A stretch of 64,000 nt of DNA from Heptranchias perlo (lineage: Eukaryota), in the NCBI RefSeq assembly GCF_035084215.1, contig NC_090359.1, positions 24,180,001 to 24,244,000 of the forward strand. The letters are read 5' to 3'. The notes below the pieces were generated by a model. That model saw only the letters and a list, made by a program, of their open reading frames with translations, ran no database searches and had not been told where the DNA came from. Positions 25,860-38,600 of the stretch are shown piece by piece. A program made the position numbers and the translations under genes. Every line of letters starts with the position of its first letter. Position 1 is the stretch's first letter.

Positions 25860-26330
25860 TGGAAGGGTGGTAGAAGTTTGGAACTCTCTTCCGCAAACGG
25901 CAATTGATACTAGCTCAATTGCTAAATTTAAACCTGAGATAGGTAGCTTTTTGGCAACCAAAGGTACTAAGGGATAGGGGCCAAAGGCAGGTATATGGAG
26001 TTAGATCACAGATCTGGCGGAGCAGGCTCGAGGGGCTGAATGGCCTACTCCTGTTCCTATCTTCCTATTTCTTCCTGTCAGTACACGGCACAGAAGGAGG
26101 CCATTCGGCCCATTGCGCCTGTGCTGGCTCTTTGGAATTGCTATCCAATTCCCCATAACCCTGTATATTTCTCCCCCCCCCCCCCCCCCTTCAAGTATTT
26201 ATCCAATTCCCTTTTGAAAGTTACTATTGAATCTGCTTCCACCGCCCTTTCAGGCAGCGCGTTCCAGATCGTAACAACTCGCTGCGTAAATCTTTCCCCC
26301 TCGTCTCGCCTCTGGTTCTTTTGCCGATTA
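25860..26330. mobile_element. Two tail-to-tail CR1 3' fragments
   Basis: + copy ends GGGGCTGAATGGCCTACTCCTGTTCCT (~26060); - copy begins GGAGGCCATTCGGCCC. Confidence 0.65.
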
Positions 26331-26488
26331 AAATCGCGCTCCCATTTCAGGATAGGTGAGATTTATAGGTCTTTATAATCGGCGACAGGTATCAAGTTAT
26401 TTTCTAAGCGTTAAAAAAAAAAGTCAGATGATTTAGTCTTACGTAGACTAAGTGCCAAAACGTCAGATGTCCACAGAACAAAGGAAAT

Positions 26489-26620
26489 CTAGTTTGTCTC
26501 AGCCTGGAATCTAACGGCTGCGTATAAAACATTGTCCTCCGAGGGTGAAGCGCTGCTCTTCGTTGGTGGGCTCTCTTTGACCTGTAAGGTTGCGTAGACA
26601 ATCCCTGCCGAGTCGTCATC
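26489..26620 (-). CDS. Gene A last exon with two ITIMs
   Basis: CATTTCTCTTGCAG| then DDDSAGIVYATLQVKESPPTKSSASPSEDNVLYAAVRFQAETN*. Confidence 0.88.
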   Translation of the reverse strand, partial: DDDSAGIVYATLQVKESPPTKSSASPSEDNVLYAAVRFQAETN

Positions 26621-29600
26621 CTGCAAGAGAAATGGTACAGAGTATAGAAGATTAAGGGGGTCATCCAATTGACGTGTTTAAAGGAATTGCTAGGGTGGAT
26701 AAGAGAGAAACTGGTGGGATGAGTCCAAAACAAGGGGGCGTAACCTTCAAATTAGAGCCAGGCCGTTCAGGGGGCGATGTCAGGAAGCACTTCTTCACAC
26801 AAAGGGGAATGGGAATCTGGAACTCTCTCCCCCAGAAAAGCTGTTGAGACTGGAGGGTCAGTTGAAAAAATTCAAGGCTGAGATTGATCGATTTTTGTTA
26901 GTTAAGCGTATTAAGGGTTAGGGAACTAAGGCGGGGTTAAGACACAGATCAGCCATGATCTCACTGAATGGCGGAACAGGTTCGAGGGGCTGAATGGCCC
27001 CCTCCTGTTCCTGTGATCGTATCCCAGCACTCGGGCCGGGACCGCACCGGCCAGCGCTGACTCAGCGGGGAGGGCGCCTAATTTGCATAGGGTGCGCGCT
27101 ACGGGCATCCGAGCTTCCGGGAAATCCTTACTGCCGGGTTTTGGGGACCCTCGCCGACCCGGAAACTCGGGCCTCCTTTGCAAGACTTCCCCCCCTTCAA
27201 CTTCCGTGGTGGGGGGGGGGGCGCGGGCCCGCGGTCCCAGCCTGGAGCGCCCCAAGGCCGGCGTGGGGAATCTCCCGCCCCCTCCGACACGGACGGCCTT
27301 ACTGGCTCCCTTGAAAAGCCCTGACGTGTCCGAGTCACGGCAGAGCTGGCGGCCGTTGCCGCGGTGGGGTGGCTGGGCACACCGGTAGCGGTCAGCCGTG
27401 GCTCAGCGGGCAGCCTCTGAGTGGGGCTCGTGGGTCATGGGCTCCAGAGGCTCGAGAGGGGCTGGAGGGAAGGCCCCACCGAGGGACCCGCTGCATTCTG
27501 ATGCTCGTATTACGGCCCAAAGGCCGATTGCAGCCTGTCTCCCTTTCACTCGTGACCCATAGGAGTCGTTACTGGTCCATGTGCTTCTGGATCGCATCCT
27601 GCACCCTGAAGGAATGTTTGCCCAGCTGGGAATCGATGATATGCCATTGCCTTACCTTGCTGTCCAGCAAAAGGGAGAGAGGGGATTGCTTTCTGGAAAC
27701 CTTCAATACAATCCCCATTAAAATAGAATGAAATAGAAATTTAACTGGACCAGCCATATAAATACTGTGGCTACAAGAGCAGGTCAGAGGCTGGGTATTC
27801 TGCGGCGAGTGGCTCACCTCCTGACTCCCCAAAGCCTTTCCACCATCTACAAGGCACAAGTCAGGAGTGTGATGGAATACTCTCCACTTGCTTGGATGAG
27901 TGCAGCTCCAACAACACTCAAGAAGCTCGACACCAACCAGGACAAAGCAGCCTGCTTGATTGGCACCCCATCCACCACCCTAAACATTCACTCCCTTCAC
28001 CACCGGCACACAGTGGCTGCAGTGTGTACCATCCACAGGATGCACTGCAGCAACTCGCCAAGGCTTCTTCGACAGCACCTCCCAAACCCGCGACCTCTAC
28101 CACCTAGAGGGACAAGAGCAGCAGGTACATGGGAACAACACCACCTGCACGTTCCCCCTCCGAGTCACACACCATCCCGACTTGGAAATATATCGGCCGT
28201 TCCTTCATCGTCGCTGGGTCAAAATCCTGGAATTCCCTTCCCAACAGCACTGTGGGAGAACCGTCACCACACGGACTGCAGCGGTTCAAGAAGGCGGCTC
28301 ACCACCACCTTCTCAAGGGCAATTAGGGATGGGCAATAAATGCTGGACTCGCCAGCGACGCCCACATCCCATGAACGAATAATAAAAAAAGAATTACATC
28401 CTGTATTTCCTCTTCCTGAGGTGGCAATCCTGGCCTAAGCTTAATTTTAATGGAAGGAAAATCAGTTTGGGTCTAATGCGATCTTCCCTGTCAGAATTTT
28501 CTTTCTGCGCTCCACTTAGACGATGTTTAATGCCCAGGCGGTAAAGACAATAATCTACCCCAGAATATTCACTGTATAAACATCCCGAACCCACATCCCA
28601 CAATACTAATAGTGACAGAATATTCACTGTATAAACATCCCGAACCCACATCCCACAATAATAATAGTGACAGAATGTTCACTGTATAAACATCCTGAAC
28701 CCACAACAATAGAATAACGGAATGTTCACATTTGTTTATGCTCTGAACATTCTCTCACCCTATTGTTGTGGGATGTGGGTTCGGAATGTTTATACTCTGA
28801 ACGTTCTCTCACCCTATTGTTGTGGGATGTGGGTTTGGAATGTTTATACTCTGAACGTTCTCTCACCCTATTGTTGTGGGATGTGGGTTTGGAATGTTTA
28901 TACTCTGAACATTCTCTCACCCTATTGTTGTGGGATGTGGGTTTGGAATGTTTACACTCTGAACGTTCTCTCACCCTATTGTTGTGGGATGTGGGTTTGG
29001 AATGTTTATACTCTGAACGTTCTCTCACCCTATTGTTGTGGGATGTGGGTTTGGAATGTTTACACTCTGAACGTTCTCTCACCCTATTGTTGTGGGATGT
29101 GGGTTTGGAATGTTTACACTCTGAACATTCTCTCACCCTATTGTCGTGGGATGTGGGTTTGGAATGTTTACACTCTGAACGTTCTCTCACCCTATTGTTG
29201 TGGGATGTGGGTTTGGAATGTTTACACTCTGAACATTCTCTCACCCTATTGTCGTGGGATGTGGGTTTGGAATGTTTACACTCTGAACGTTCTCTCACCC
29301 TATTGTTGTGGGATGTGGGTTCGGAATGTTTATACTCTGAACATTCTCTCACCCTATTGTTGTGGGATGTGGGTTTGGAATGTTTATACTCTGAACATTC
29401 TCTTATCCAATGGCTCTGCGATAAGAACACTCAAAAGTCTGGAATGAGAAATGTCCATTCAGCCCAACAAAACCAGCTTCTACAGTCTATCTTATCGTGG
29501 ACTCTACCCCAGCCATTTCATCTTCTGAGGGAAAGTTCTGCATAATACACCACGATCTCCACAATCAAGCAAAACTCCAGTGTATTTATTAATTCCCCAT

Positions 29601-32600
29601 CTCTTGATTTGCTGCCCTCTACATCCGCCCCAGGTCTAGTAGCACAGGAATTGGCTTACCTTGGCAACAGCTGCATTAGTAGGATGGGATTGATTGGACG
29701 GATCTGAAATATAATAACAGACAGCACCTTAGAGGCCTGCAACATCATCCATCTTCTCGCTGTCTACACTACACTAACACATTTTCTTCCTCCATTTTCT
29801 GCCCGTTCGCTCCCCTCTACACTGCCACTACTGCAGATATTGACTTCTTGCTGGCTTGGATGCTCTACACGGCCTTGCCCAAAATGGCTGAGTGGGAGGC
29901 TAGACAGCACCTCTCTGTCCCCTGACCGCTCCCGTCGAGAAGGACAAAATCAGCAATGTCGTGGGAACATCGTCACCTCCGAGTTCCTCTCCAACTTACA
30001 CACCATCCTAACATGGACCTATATCGCTGTTTCTTCGTCGTGGCTGGGTCATTATCCTGGAAATCGCCCCCTTCACCCCCCCCCCCCCCCCGATACCCTT
30101 GTGGGAGCACCATCACTGTGAGGACAGCAGCGGCTTAAGGAGTAGACCCACTGCCACCTTCTCAGGCCAACTCGGGATGGGCAATAGATGCCGGCCTTGC
30201 CAGTGACGCCCACATCCCGAGAACAAATGTTTTTAAAAATGTCAGAGTGCCAACGGGGTTAGTTGATAACATGAAACATCACGGCCGAGCCTGGATGTAA
30301 GGCTCCACACTTTGAGCAGGGATAATTGTGCAGTGTCCAAGTGTGAGAAGCCTGGTTCATTTCTCCTCTCCAACACCCTGGAGCCTCATTGCCACTTGTA
30401 CTTCTACTGTGGCTCTGCCTAAAGTCAGCAGGGACTGACAGCTTGGCAGCACTGTGAAGGGTTACTTGGAGTTTGGCAAACCAGAGGGAGGAGCGTGGGG
30501 TTTGGCCCACTCGGGCATTTCTGGGGTTTGGCAGAACAGGGACATTCCAGTACTGCGCTGGCTGGTCCCCTCACCCACTGAGCCATCCGAGGCAGCATAT
30601 CAAATGCAATTTTTAATTTGCGAATAAGTTACCTACAGCTCTACCAAGTATTATAACAATTTGCAAGAACTCACTGTACCTTTCTGGTCTCGATCCATGT
30701 TCTTGGACTGATAATCGTTTACTATTGGAATACTGTGGCAAAGTAAGAGCAAAGAGTGTATGAGATTATGTACAGGAGACTGTGGCACACGATGAGCTCA
30801 ATTATAAACACAGGAACGATATACCCAGTAACACACGGTGTGTTATTATATAATATATACAGGAACGATATACCCAGTAACACACGGTGTGTTATTATAT
30901 AATATATACAGGAGTGTTATACCCAGTAACACACGGTGTGTTATTATATAATATATACAGGAACGATATACCCAGTAACACACGGTGTGTTATTATATAA
31001 TATATACAGGAGTGTTATACCCAGTAACACACGGTGTGTTATTATATAATATATACAGGAGTGTTATACCCAGTAACACACGGTGTGTTATTATATAATA
31101 AATACAGGAGTGTTATACCCAGTAACACACGGTGTGTTATTATATAATATAGACAGGAGTGTTATACCCAGTACCCACGGTGTGTAAATTATATAATATA
31201 TACAGGAGTGTTATACTCGGTAACACATGGTGTGTAAATTATATAATATATACAGGTGTGTTATACTCGGTAACACACGGTGTGTTATTATATAATATAT
31301 ACAGGAGTGTTATACCCAGTAACACACAGTGTGTTATTATATAATATAGACAGGAGTGTTATACCCAGTACCCACGGTGTGTAAATTATATAATATATAC
31401 AGGAGTGTTATACTCGGTAACACATGGTGTGTAAATTATATAATATATACAGGAGTGTTATACCCAGTAACACACGGTGTGTTATTATATAATATATACA
31501 GGAGTGTTATACCCGGTAACACACGGTGTGTTATTTTATAATATATACAGGAGTGTTATACCCAGTAACAGAAGGTGTGTTATTATATAATATATACACA
31601 GGAGTGTTATACCCGGTAACACACGGTGTGTTATTATATAATATATACAGGAACGTTATACCCAGTAACACAGGGTGTGTCATTATATAATATATACAGG
31701 AGTGTTATACCCGGTAACACACGGTGTGTTATTATATATTATATACAGGAGTGTTATACCCGGTAACACACGGTGTGTTATTATATAATATATACAGGAG
31801 TGTTATACCCAGTAACACACGGTGTGTTATTATATAATATATATACAGGAGTGTTATACTCGGTAACACACGGTGTGTTATTATATAATATATACACAGG
31901 AGTGTTATACTCGGTAACACACGGTGTGTTATTATATAATATATACAGGAGTGTTACACCCAGTAACACAAGGTGTGTTATTATATAATATATACAGGAG
32001 TGTTACACCCAGTAACACAAGGTGTGTTATTATATAATATATACAGGAGTGTTATACCCAGTAACACAAGGTGTGTTATTATATAATATATACTGGAGTG
32101 TTATACCCGGTAACACACGGTGTGTAAATTATATAATATATACAGGAGTGTTATACCCAGTAACACAAGGTGTGTTATTATATAATATACACAGGAGTGT
32201 TATACCCGGTAACACACGGTGTGTAAATTATATAATATATAGACAGGAGTGTTATACCCAGTAACACATGGTGTGTAAATTATATAATATATACAGGAGT
32301 GTTATACCCAGTAACACACGATGTGTTTTTATATAATATATACAGGAGTGTTATACCCGGTAACACACGGTGTGTTGTTATATAATATATACAGGAGTGT
32401 TCTACCCAGTAACAGAAGGTGTGTTATTATATAATGTATATACAGGAGTGTTATACCCAGTGACACACGGTGTGTTATTATATAATATATAAAGGAGTGT
32501 TCTACCCAGTAACAGAAGGTGTGTTATTATATAATGTATATACAGGAGTGTTATACCCAGTGACACACGGTGTGTTATTATATAATATATACAGGAGTGT

Positions 32601-35600
32601 TATACCCAGTAACACACGGTGTGTTATTATATAGTATATACAGACGTGTTATACCCAGTAACACACGGTGTGTTATTATATAATATATACAGGAGTGTTA
32701 TACCCAGTAACACACGGTGTGTTATTATATAATAAATACAGGAGTGTTATACCCAGTAACACACGGTGTGTTATTATATAATATATACAGACGTGTTATA
32801 CCCAGTAATACAGGGTGGATTATTAATCTGTACTTACTGTTGCACTTCCTCTTGCCTGATGTTTTCTGTGGATGAGAGACAGAGTCAGACAGTGTAAGTA
32901 CAGAGACAGAGACAGAGTCAGACAGTGTAAGTACAGAGACAGAGACAGAGTTAGACAGTGTCGGTACAGAGACAGAGACAGAGTTAGACAGTGTAGGTAC
33001 AGAGACAGAGACAGAGTTAGACAGTGTAGGTACAGAGACAGAGACCGAGTTAGACAGACGGTATAAGTTCAGAGACAGAGACGACAGTGCAGACCGCTGC
33101 CTGGGTTTGGAGTTCGGCTGTGGAAATTTGCAATCCCTCCTGAGTGGGGAAGGCCACTTTTGGCTTCTGTACCTGTCCTATGGGTTTTGTTGATTGCGGG
33201 GCTGACCTCACAGGACCTGATTTCTCGGCACTGGAAGCCTGTTAAGGATGGTGGGGGGAGCCAACGTCACAATATTTAACAAGGGCCAGCCCTTCTCACT
33301 GCCAGCGTGGCTGTGCCTACGAGCGGTTAGGCTGCTGTGGATCCGACACTGACAAGACTGTAATTTCAGGGGCTATATTGTCCAATGACGGATTATTGTG
33401 GCTTGAAATTACAGCTTCCAAGGATTAGCGATGACTTTGTTACGTGTTTAAATTAAAGGGTTAATACCTCTGGTAAAATGGCAGGAATGGAAATTGCCTC
33501 CCTTTGCGTTAAGTATTTACTTGCATCGTATTGGGCACATGGTAATTTCAGGTCTCAAAACCACTGGTTACTGAAGTTTCTGATAGTTTTTCATTACGAA
33601 ACAAAAAAAAACTTGCATTTTTATAGCGCCTTTCATGACCTCAGGACATCCCAAAGCGCTTTACAGCCAATGAAGTAATTTTTGAAGTGCAGTCACTGTT
33701 GTAATGTAGGAAACACGGCAGCCAATTTGCGCACAGCAAGATCCCACAAACAGCAATGTGATAATGATCAGATAATCTGTTTTTAGTGATGTTAGTTGAG
33801 GGGTTAATATTGACCCAGGACACCGGGGAGAACTCCCCCTGCTCTTCTTCGAAATAGTGGGCATGGGTTCTTTTACATCCAACTGAGAGGGCAGACAGGC
33901 CCTCGGTTTAACGTCTCATCTTGAAAGACGGCACCTGCGACAGTGCAGCACTCCACTGGGAGCGTCAGCCGAGATTATGAGTTCGAGGTCTCTGGAGTGG
34001 GGCTCGAACCCGCGACTTTGTGACTCTAGAGCGCTACCCACTGAGCCGCGGCTGACATCCTGGGTCGCACTGAGGCGAGATGGGTGGGGTCTGCCCCCCC
34101 CCGCCGTGCTTCCAGCTCTGCGGCCTCTGGGGTACACCTGCAGCCTGAGGCCTAGGATGGTTTACTCACTCCCAGGGTGACTGCCTCCCGCAGGAAGTTT
34201 TCGGCTGTTTAAATATTAGCAGAGAGGCGGCCTTTCCTCTCAGCTCTGCGGCGATGTTAAAATGGCCGCGTGGGACATCACTCTACATCAGCGCAGGGAG
34301 CTGGCCCTTAGCCCGCCTCAGGCACCGGTTGCTATGGACATGAGGCGGCCCTCGGTAACTGGGGTCGCCAACCCTCCAGGACCGTCCTGGAGCCTGCAGG
34401 AATTGAAGATTAATCTCCCGGTCACTGCTTCCAGCAACACTGGGGGGAAATTATTGGGGCATTCGAAAAGAATGTGTTTGTTTTTTCATTTTCTTTGTAC
34501 GCTGTCGTTTATTAATTATTAAAATATTGGAGATGGGGTGGGTTGTTTGACTGACAGTCGAGAATCATCCAACGGGGTAAAAGTGTCTGTTCGCTCTCCG
34601 GTTGGCCACGGGGAGGCAATGCCTCGCGAGGAGGGGCGTGTCGGGCGACCAATGGCGGGAGCTTTGGGGGGGCGGGGCAGTTGGAAGCGGGAGGGTCATA
34701 TGACGATAGCTCCAGGAATATGTTCAACGGGCAGGAAAACATGTCAATTCAGACTGGGCAATGAATGGGCACAGAGGGACAGGATGACAGAAGGACGCTA
34801 AATAAGGGTGAGTGAGGGAAAGAATCTGGGTGGAAGCATTGGCTAAACATTGAAAAGATCCCAGTGAAATTAATTATAATGTCACAATACCGATCAAGAA
34901 ACCGCCTCACTCGGTAACATGTTGAGATGGGTGCACGTTGTGGGGGTGGGGGTTTGGGTGGAGAAGTCACTGGTGATCAGGAGCAGGGGACCCTGCCGAA
35001 TTTTAACCCTCCCGATCCCTGAGATCTCCTCGACGGCTGCCCAAGCTGAGATCGGCTAACTCCACGGACAGACCTGGCTCAGCGTTGTTGAGAATCAGAG
35101 GATCACGGGCTGCAGAAGGTGGCGGGGGGGGGGGGCGGGGGTGCACTCAGCCCATCATTGCTATTAGTGGCCGGGGAGCGTTTGGAGGCTGATATCATGG
35201 GGCTGAGTAAGTTACGAGGCCAGGTAGCATGACCATGGGCTGGATTCCCTTGAGTTTAGAAGATTAAGGGGTGATCTAATTGAGGTGATTAAAGGATTCG
35301 ATAGGATAGCTAGAGAGAGAAACTATTCCCTCTGGTGGGGGGCTTCCAGAACAAAGGGGGCATAACCTTAAAATTAGAACCAGGCCGTTCAGGAGTGAAT
35401 TGAGGATGGACTTTTTCACACAAAGGGCAGTAGAAATCTGGAACTCTCTCCACAAAAGGCCATGGATGCTGGGGGTCAATTGGAACTTTCAAGACTGAGA
35501 TGGATAGATTTTTGTTGGGTGATTGGATCAAGGGACAGGGAGCAAAGACGGGTCAGTGGAGTTGAGGTACAGATCAGCCATGATCTGATTGAATGGCGGA

Positions 35601-38600
35601 GCGGGTCCAATGGTACGGCCCAGGGGAGGCCTCCGGCCCTGCTCCCCCCCCCCCTCCCTGTCCAGACTCAGGCCGACTGCTGCCGCAGCAACCCGAATTC
35701 CAGTCAGTTCCTGTTAACTGCGGTCAGCAAGTCTGAAACTGCACAACATCCTTTACCAACAGCTTTTGGATTCTATTGTGCAACAACTGGTGACTTCAGC
35801 AACATGATGTTAATTTGGAAAGACGCGGCAGACAGTGCTGGAAAGACACAGCATCTGGAAAGAGAGAGGGGGTGGAATTCGACTTTGACGGGCGGCGCGA
35901 AGTTCCTCTGGGGGTGAATAACGGGCGGCCGATCCGTTTGCGCCGCCTGCTGTAGTTGAATAGCAGCCCCTCTTTTCCAGAGAGAGAAAGAGACGGAGCG
36001 AGCAGAGAAAGACAGGCAGAGAGGCGGGGCAGGGGGAAGGAGTTACTCACCCCTCTTCTTCTTCCGGATGTAAACCCCAGCAATCGCCCCGAGGCCGATA
36101 ACCAACGCGGCCAGCACGCAGCAGCCGATCAAGGCGAGCATCCAGCTGGCAACTTTGGCCGGTGGGGGGTGGTCCACGGTCTTGTCCCGGGCATTGGTGG
36201 GCCAGGCAGTGGGTGACGTGCGGCCTTCCAAAGTACAGAAAGAGATGGTCACTTTACTGTAATTATCCGCCCGTCCAAGTATTTATTCCCGCGATGTGTG
36301 TAATAAGTTGGATAGCCCGGTGGTGAAGGATAGAATACTAGAGCCTGGTCTTCAGTTGCTTCCAAGCCTCTATTCACAGAGCTCCCCATTAATGGGGAGC
36401 TCTGTGAATAGAGGCTTGGAAGCAACTGAAGACCAGGCTCTAGTATTCGATCATATAAATGGATACAAGAGAGTCCCCAGTTGCTACCCACCACCTGAAT
36501 CCAATTAACACTCATTGATAGAAATCACATGGATACAATTAGCATGTGGGCATTGCTGGCAAGGTTGGCATTGATTGCCCATCCCTCGTCGCCCAGAGGT
36601 GGTGGTGGTGGTGGGCTGTCTCCTTGAACAACTGGTGGCAGTTTTGATGCAACAGAGTGGCCACTTCGGAGGGCAGTGACGAGTCACCCGTTTTGGGCGA
36701 GGGACTGGAGTCACATATGGGTCCAAACCGGGTGAGGGTGGCAGGTTTCCTTCCTGACAGGGACATTGGTGAACCGGTTGGGTTTTTTTAAATGACAGCC
36801 TGGCAGTCTCATGGTCACTTTTTATTGATACCAGCTTTTAAATTCAGAATTTTTAAACTGAATTCCAATTCTCAAATGGTCACAGTGGGATTTGAACTCA
36901 TGTTCTCTGGATTGCTAGATCCAGTAACATAACCACTACAGTACCGTAAACCCCCCCCACCTACTATTCACCACCCTCTGCGGGGTGAAATTGGCCTTCG
37001 TTGATCAGGCGGGGACAGGTTGCGAAGACCAGGCTTGTATTCCCTCAAGTATATTAGATTACGGGGTGGTTGCATTGAGGTGTTTCAGATGATTGAAGGA
37101 TTTGATGGGATAGATAGAGAGAAATCTATTTCCTCTGGTGGGGGAGTCCAGAACAAGGGGGCATAACCTTAAAATTAGAGCCAGGCTGTTCAGGGGTGAT
37201 GTCAGGAAGCACTTCTTCACACAAAGGGGAGTGGAAATCTGGAACTCTCAAAGCTATTGAGGCTGGGGGTCAATTGAAAATTTCAAAACTGAAATGGTTA
37301 GATTTTTGTTAGGATAGGGTATTAAGGGTTACAGAATCAAGGCGGGTAGACGGAGTTAAGATACAGATCAGCCATGATCCAAATGAATGGCGGAACAGGC
37401 TTGAGGGGCTGAATGGCCTACTCCTGTTCCCAAGTTTCCATGTGTAACACGGACTGCTGATTTGCCAGCAGCCCGTGGGACCACCTTCAGCACCTCTGTG
37501 CCCCGTGCTCCCTGATCATAAATGATAGCCCCGATAGTGATTCAGTGTCACTGAGTCCCGAGTGCCTGAGAAATATATTCCCACCGCTCTCTTGTTCTCC
37601 CTGTGCTGCTTACATCTGAGACTGTTGTCAGTTTGCCCACATGTAGTCTTTCGTGGAGAAACGTAATATTTTTATTCAACTGCATTCATTAAGCAATATT
37701 AGGGAAAGGTTAAATGTCATGGGGTCGGGGGTCAAAGGTTATGTGGGGCAGGGCATCAGTGCACCCCTTTTAACGAAATACAACTTCAAACTCAGAGGTG
37801 AAGGATAAAGAGTAAAGATTCTGTTCTGCCCCTATTCTCTCCTTCCCCCACTATTCTACAAATCACTTTCCATTCTGTATCAGACCTCCAGAGTCTCTAT
37901 TTCACTCCCCTGATTATTGGTAGCAGCCATTTTCGATCTTGGCCGAACCGCTTTCAAATTTGGAACCTGATGAGCTGAAAACGGACTTGAAGGTTTTATC
38001 TTTAAAATTATCGGCAAATTATATTAAGGTTCGGCCCGGTTACAACGTTAGAACTCAATCAAAGTGGGGGGGGGGGGGCTTAATTAAAAACTGAGAGAAA
38101 GAAACACGGGGGTCCCAAGGGGGGCTTACCTCGTACAGCGAGGGCAGTCCCTGGGATATTTTGCCACTGCTCGCTTTTACCCCCCAAAGTCTCCACACGA
38201 CAGAAATACTTCCTCGAGTCACTTTGTTTCAGCTGCTTTATGCGGATGGAGCCAGTATTCTCTGTATATGGGTGGCCCAGGAATTCGACCCGGCCTCGGT
38301 AATCAGGGTGAACGAAGCCGTCTCTGGTGTTGATTATAAATTCTCCATGAAACTTATTTCTTCTCCAACGTATGGAAATCGCCGTGGGTCTGTACCTTTC
38401 CGGGTAAGTGAAGGAGCAGGGGATTGTGATCGATTCTCCTTCCTCAGCCTCCAGGTGATCAAGCTGCTTCACATGGAATTCAGCTCCATTTATCAGCACT
38501 GAGGGACAGTAAAACAACAAATAGTTATTTAGGAATACTCCACTCCCCCCTCGCCACCCCCCATCCTCTCCACTCACCCTGACCACAACCCCATTCCCCT

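Noticed and set aside
33980-34059. tRNA gene
   Set aside because: The A/B boxes belong to the SINE head; no complete cloverleaf
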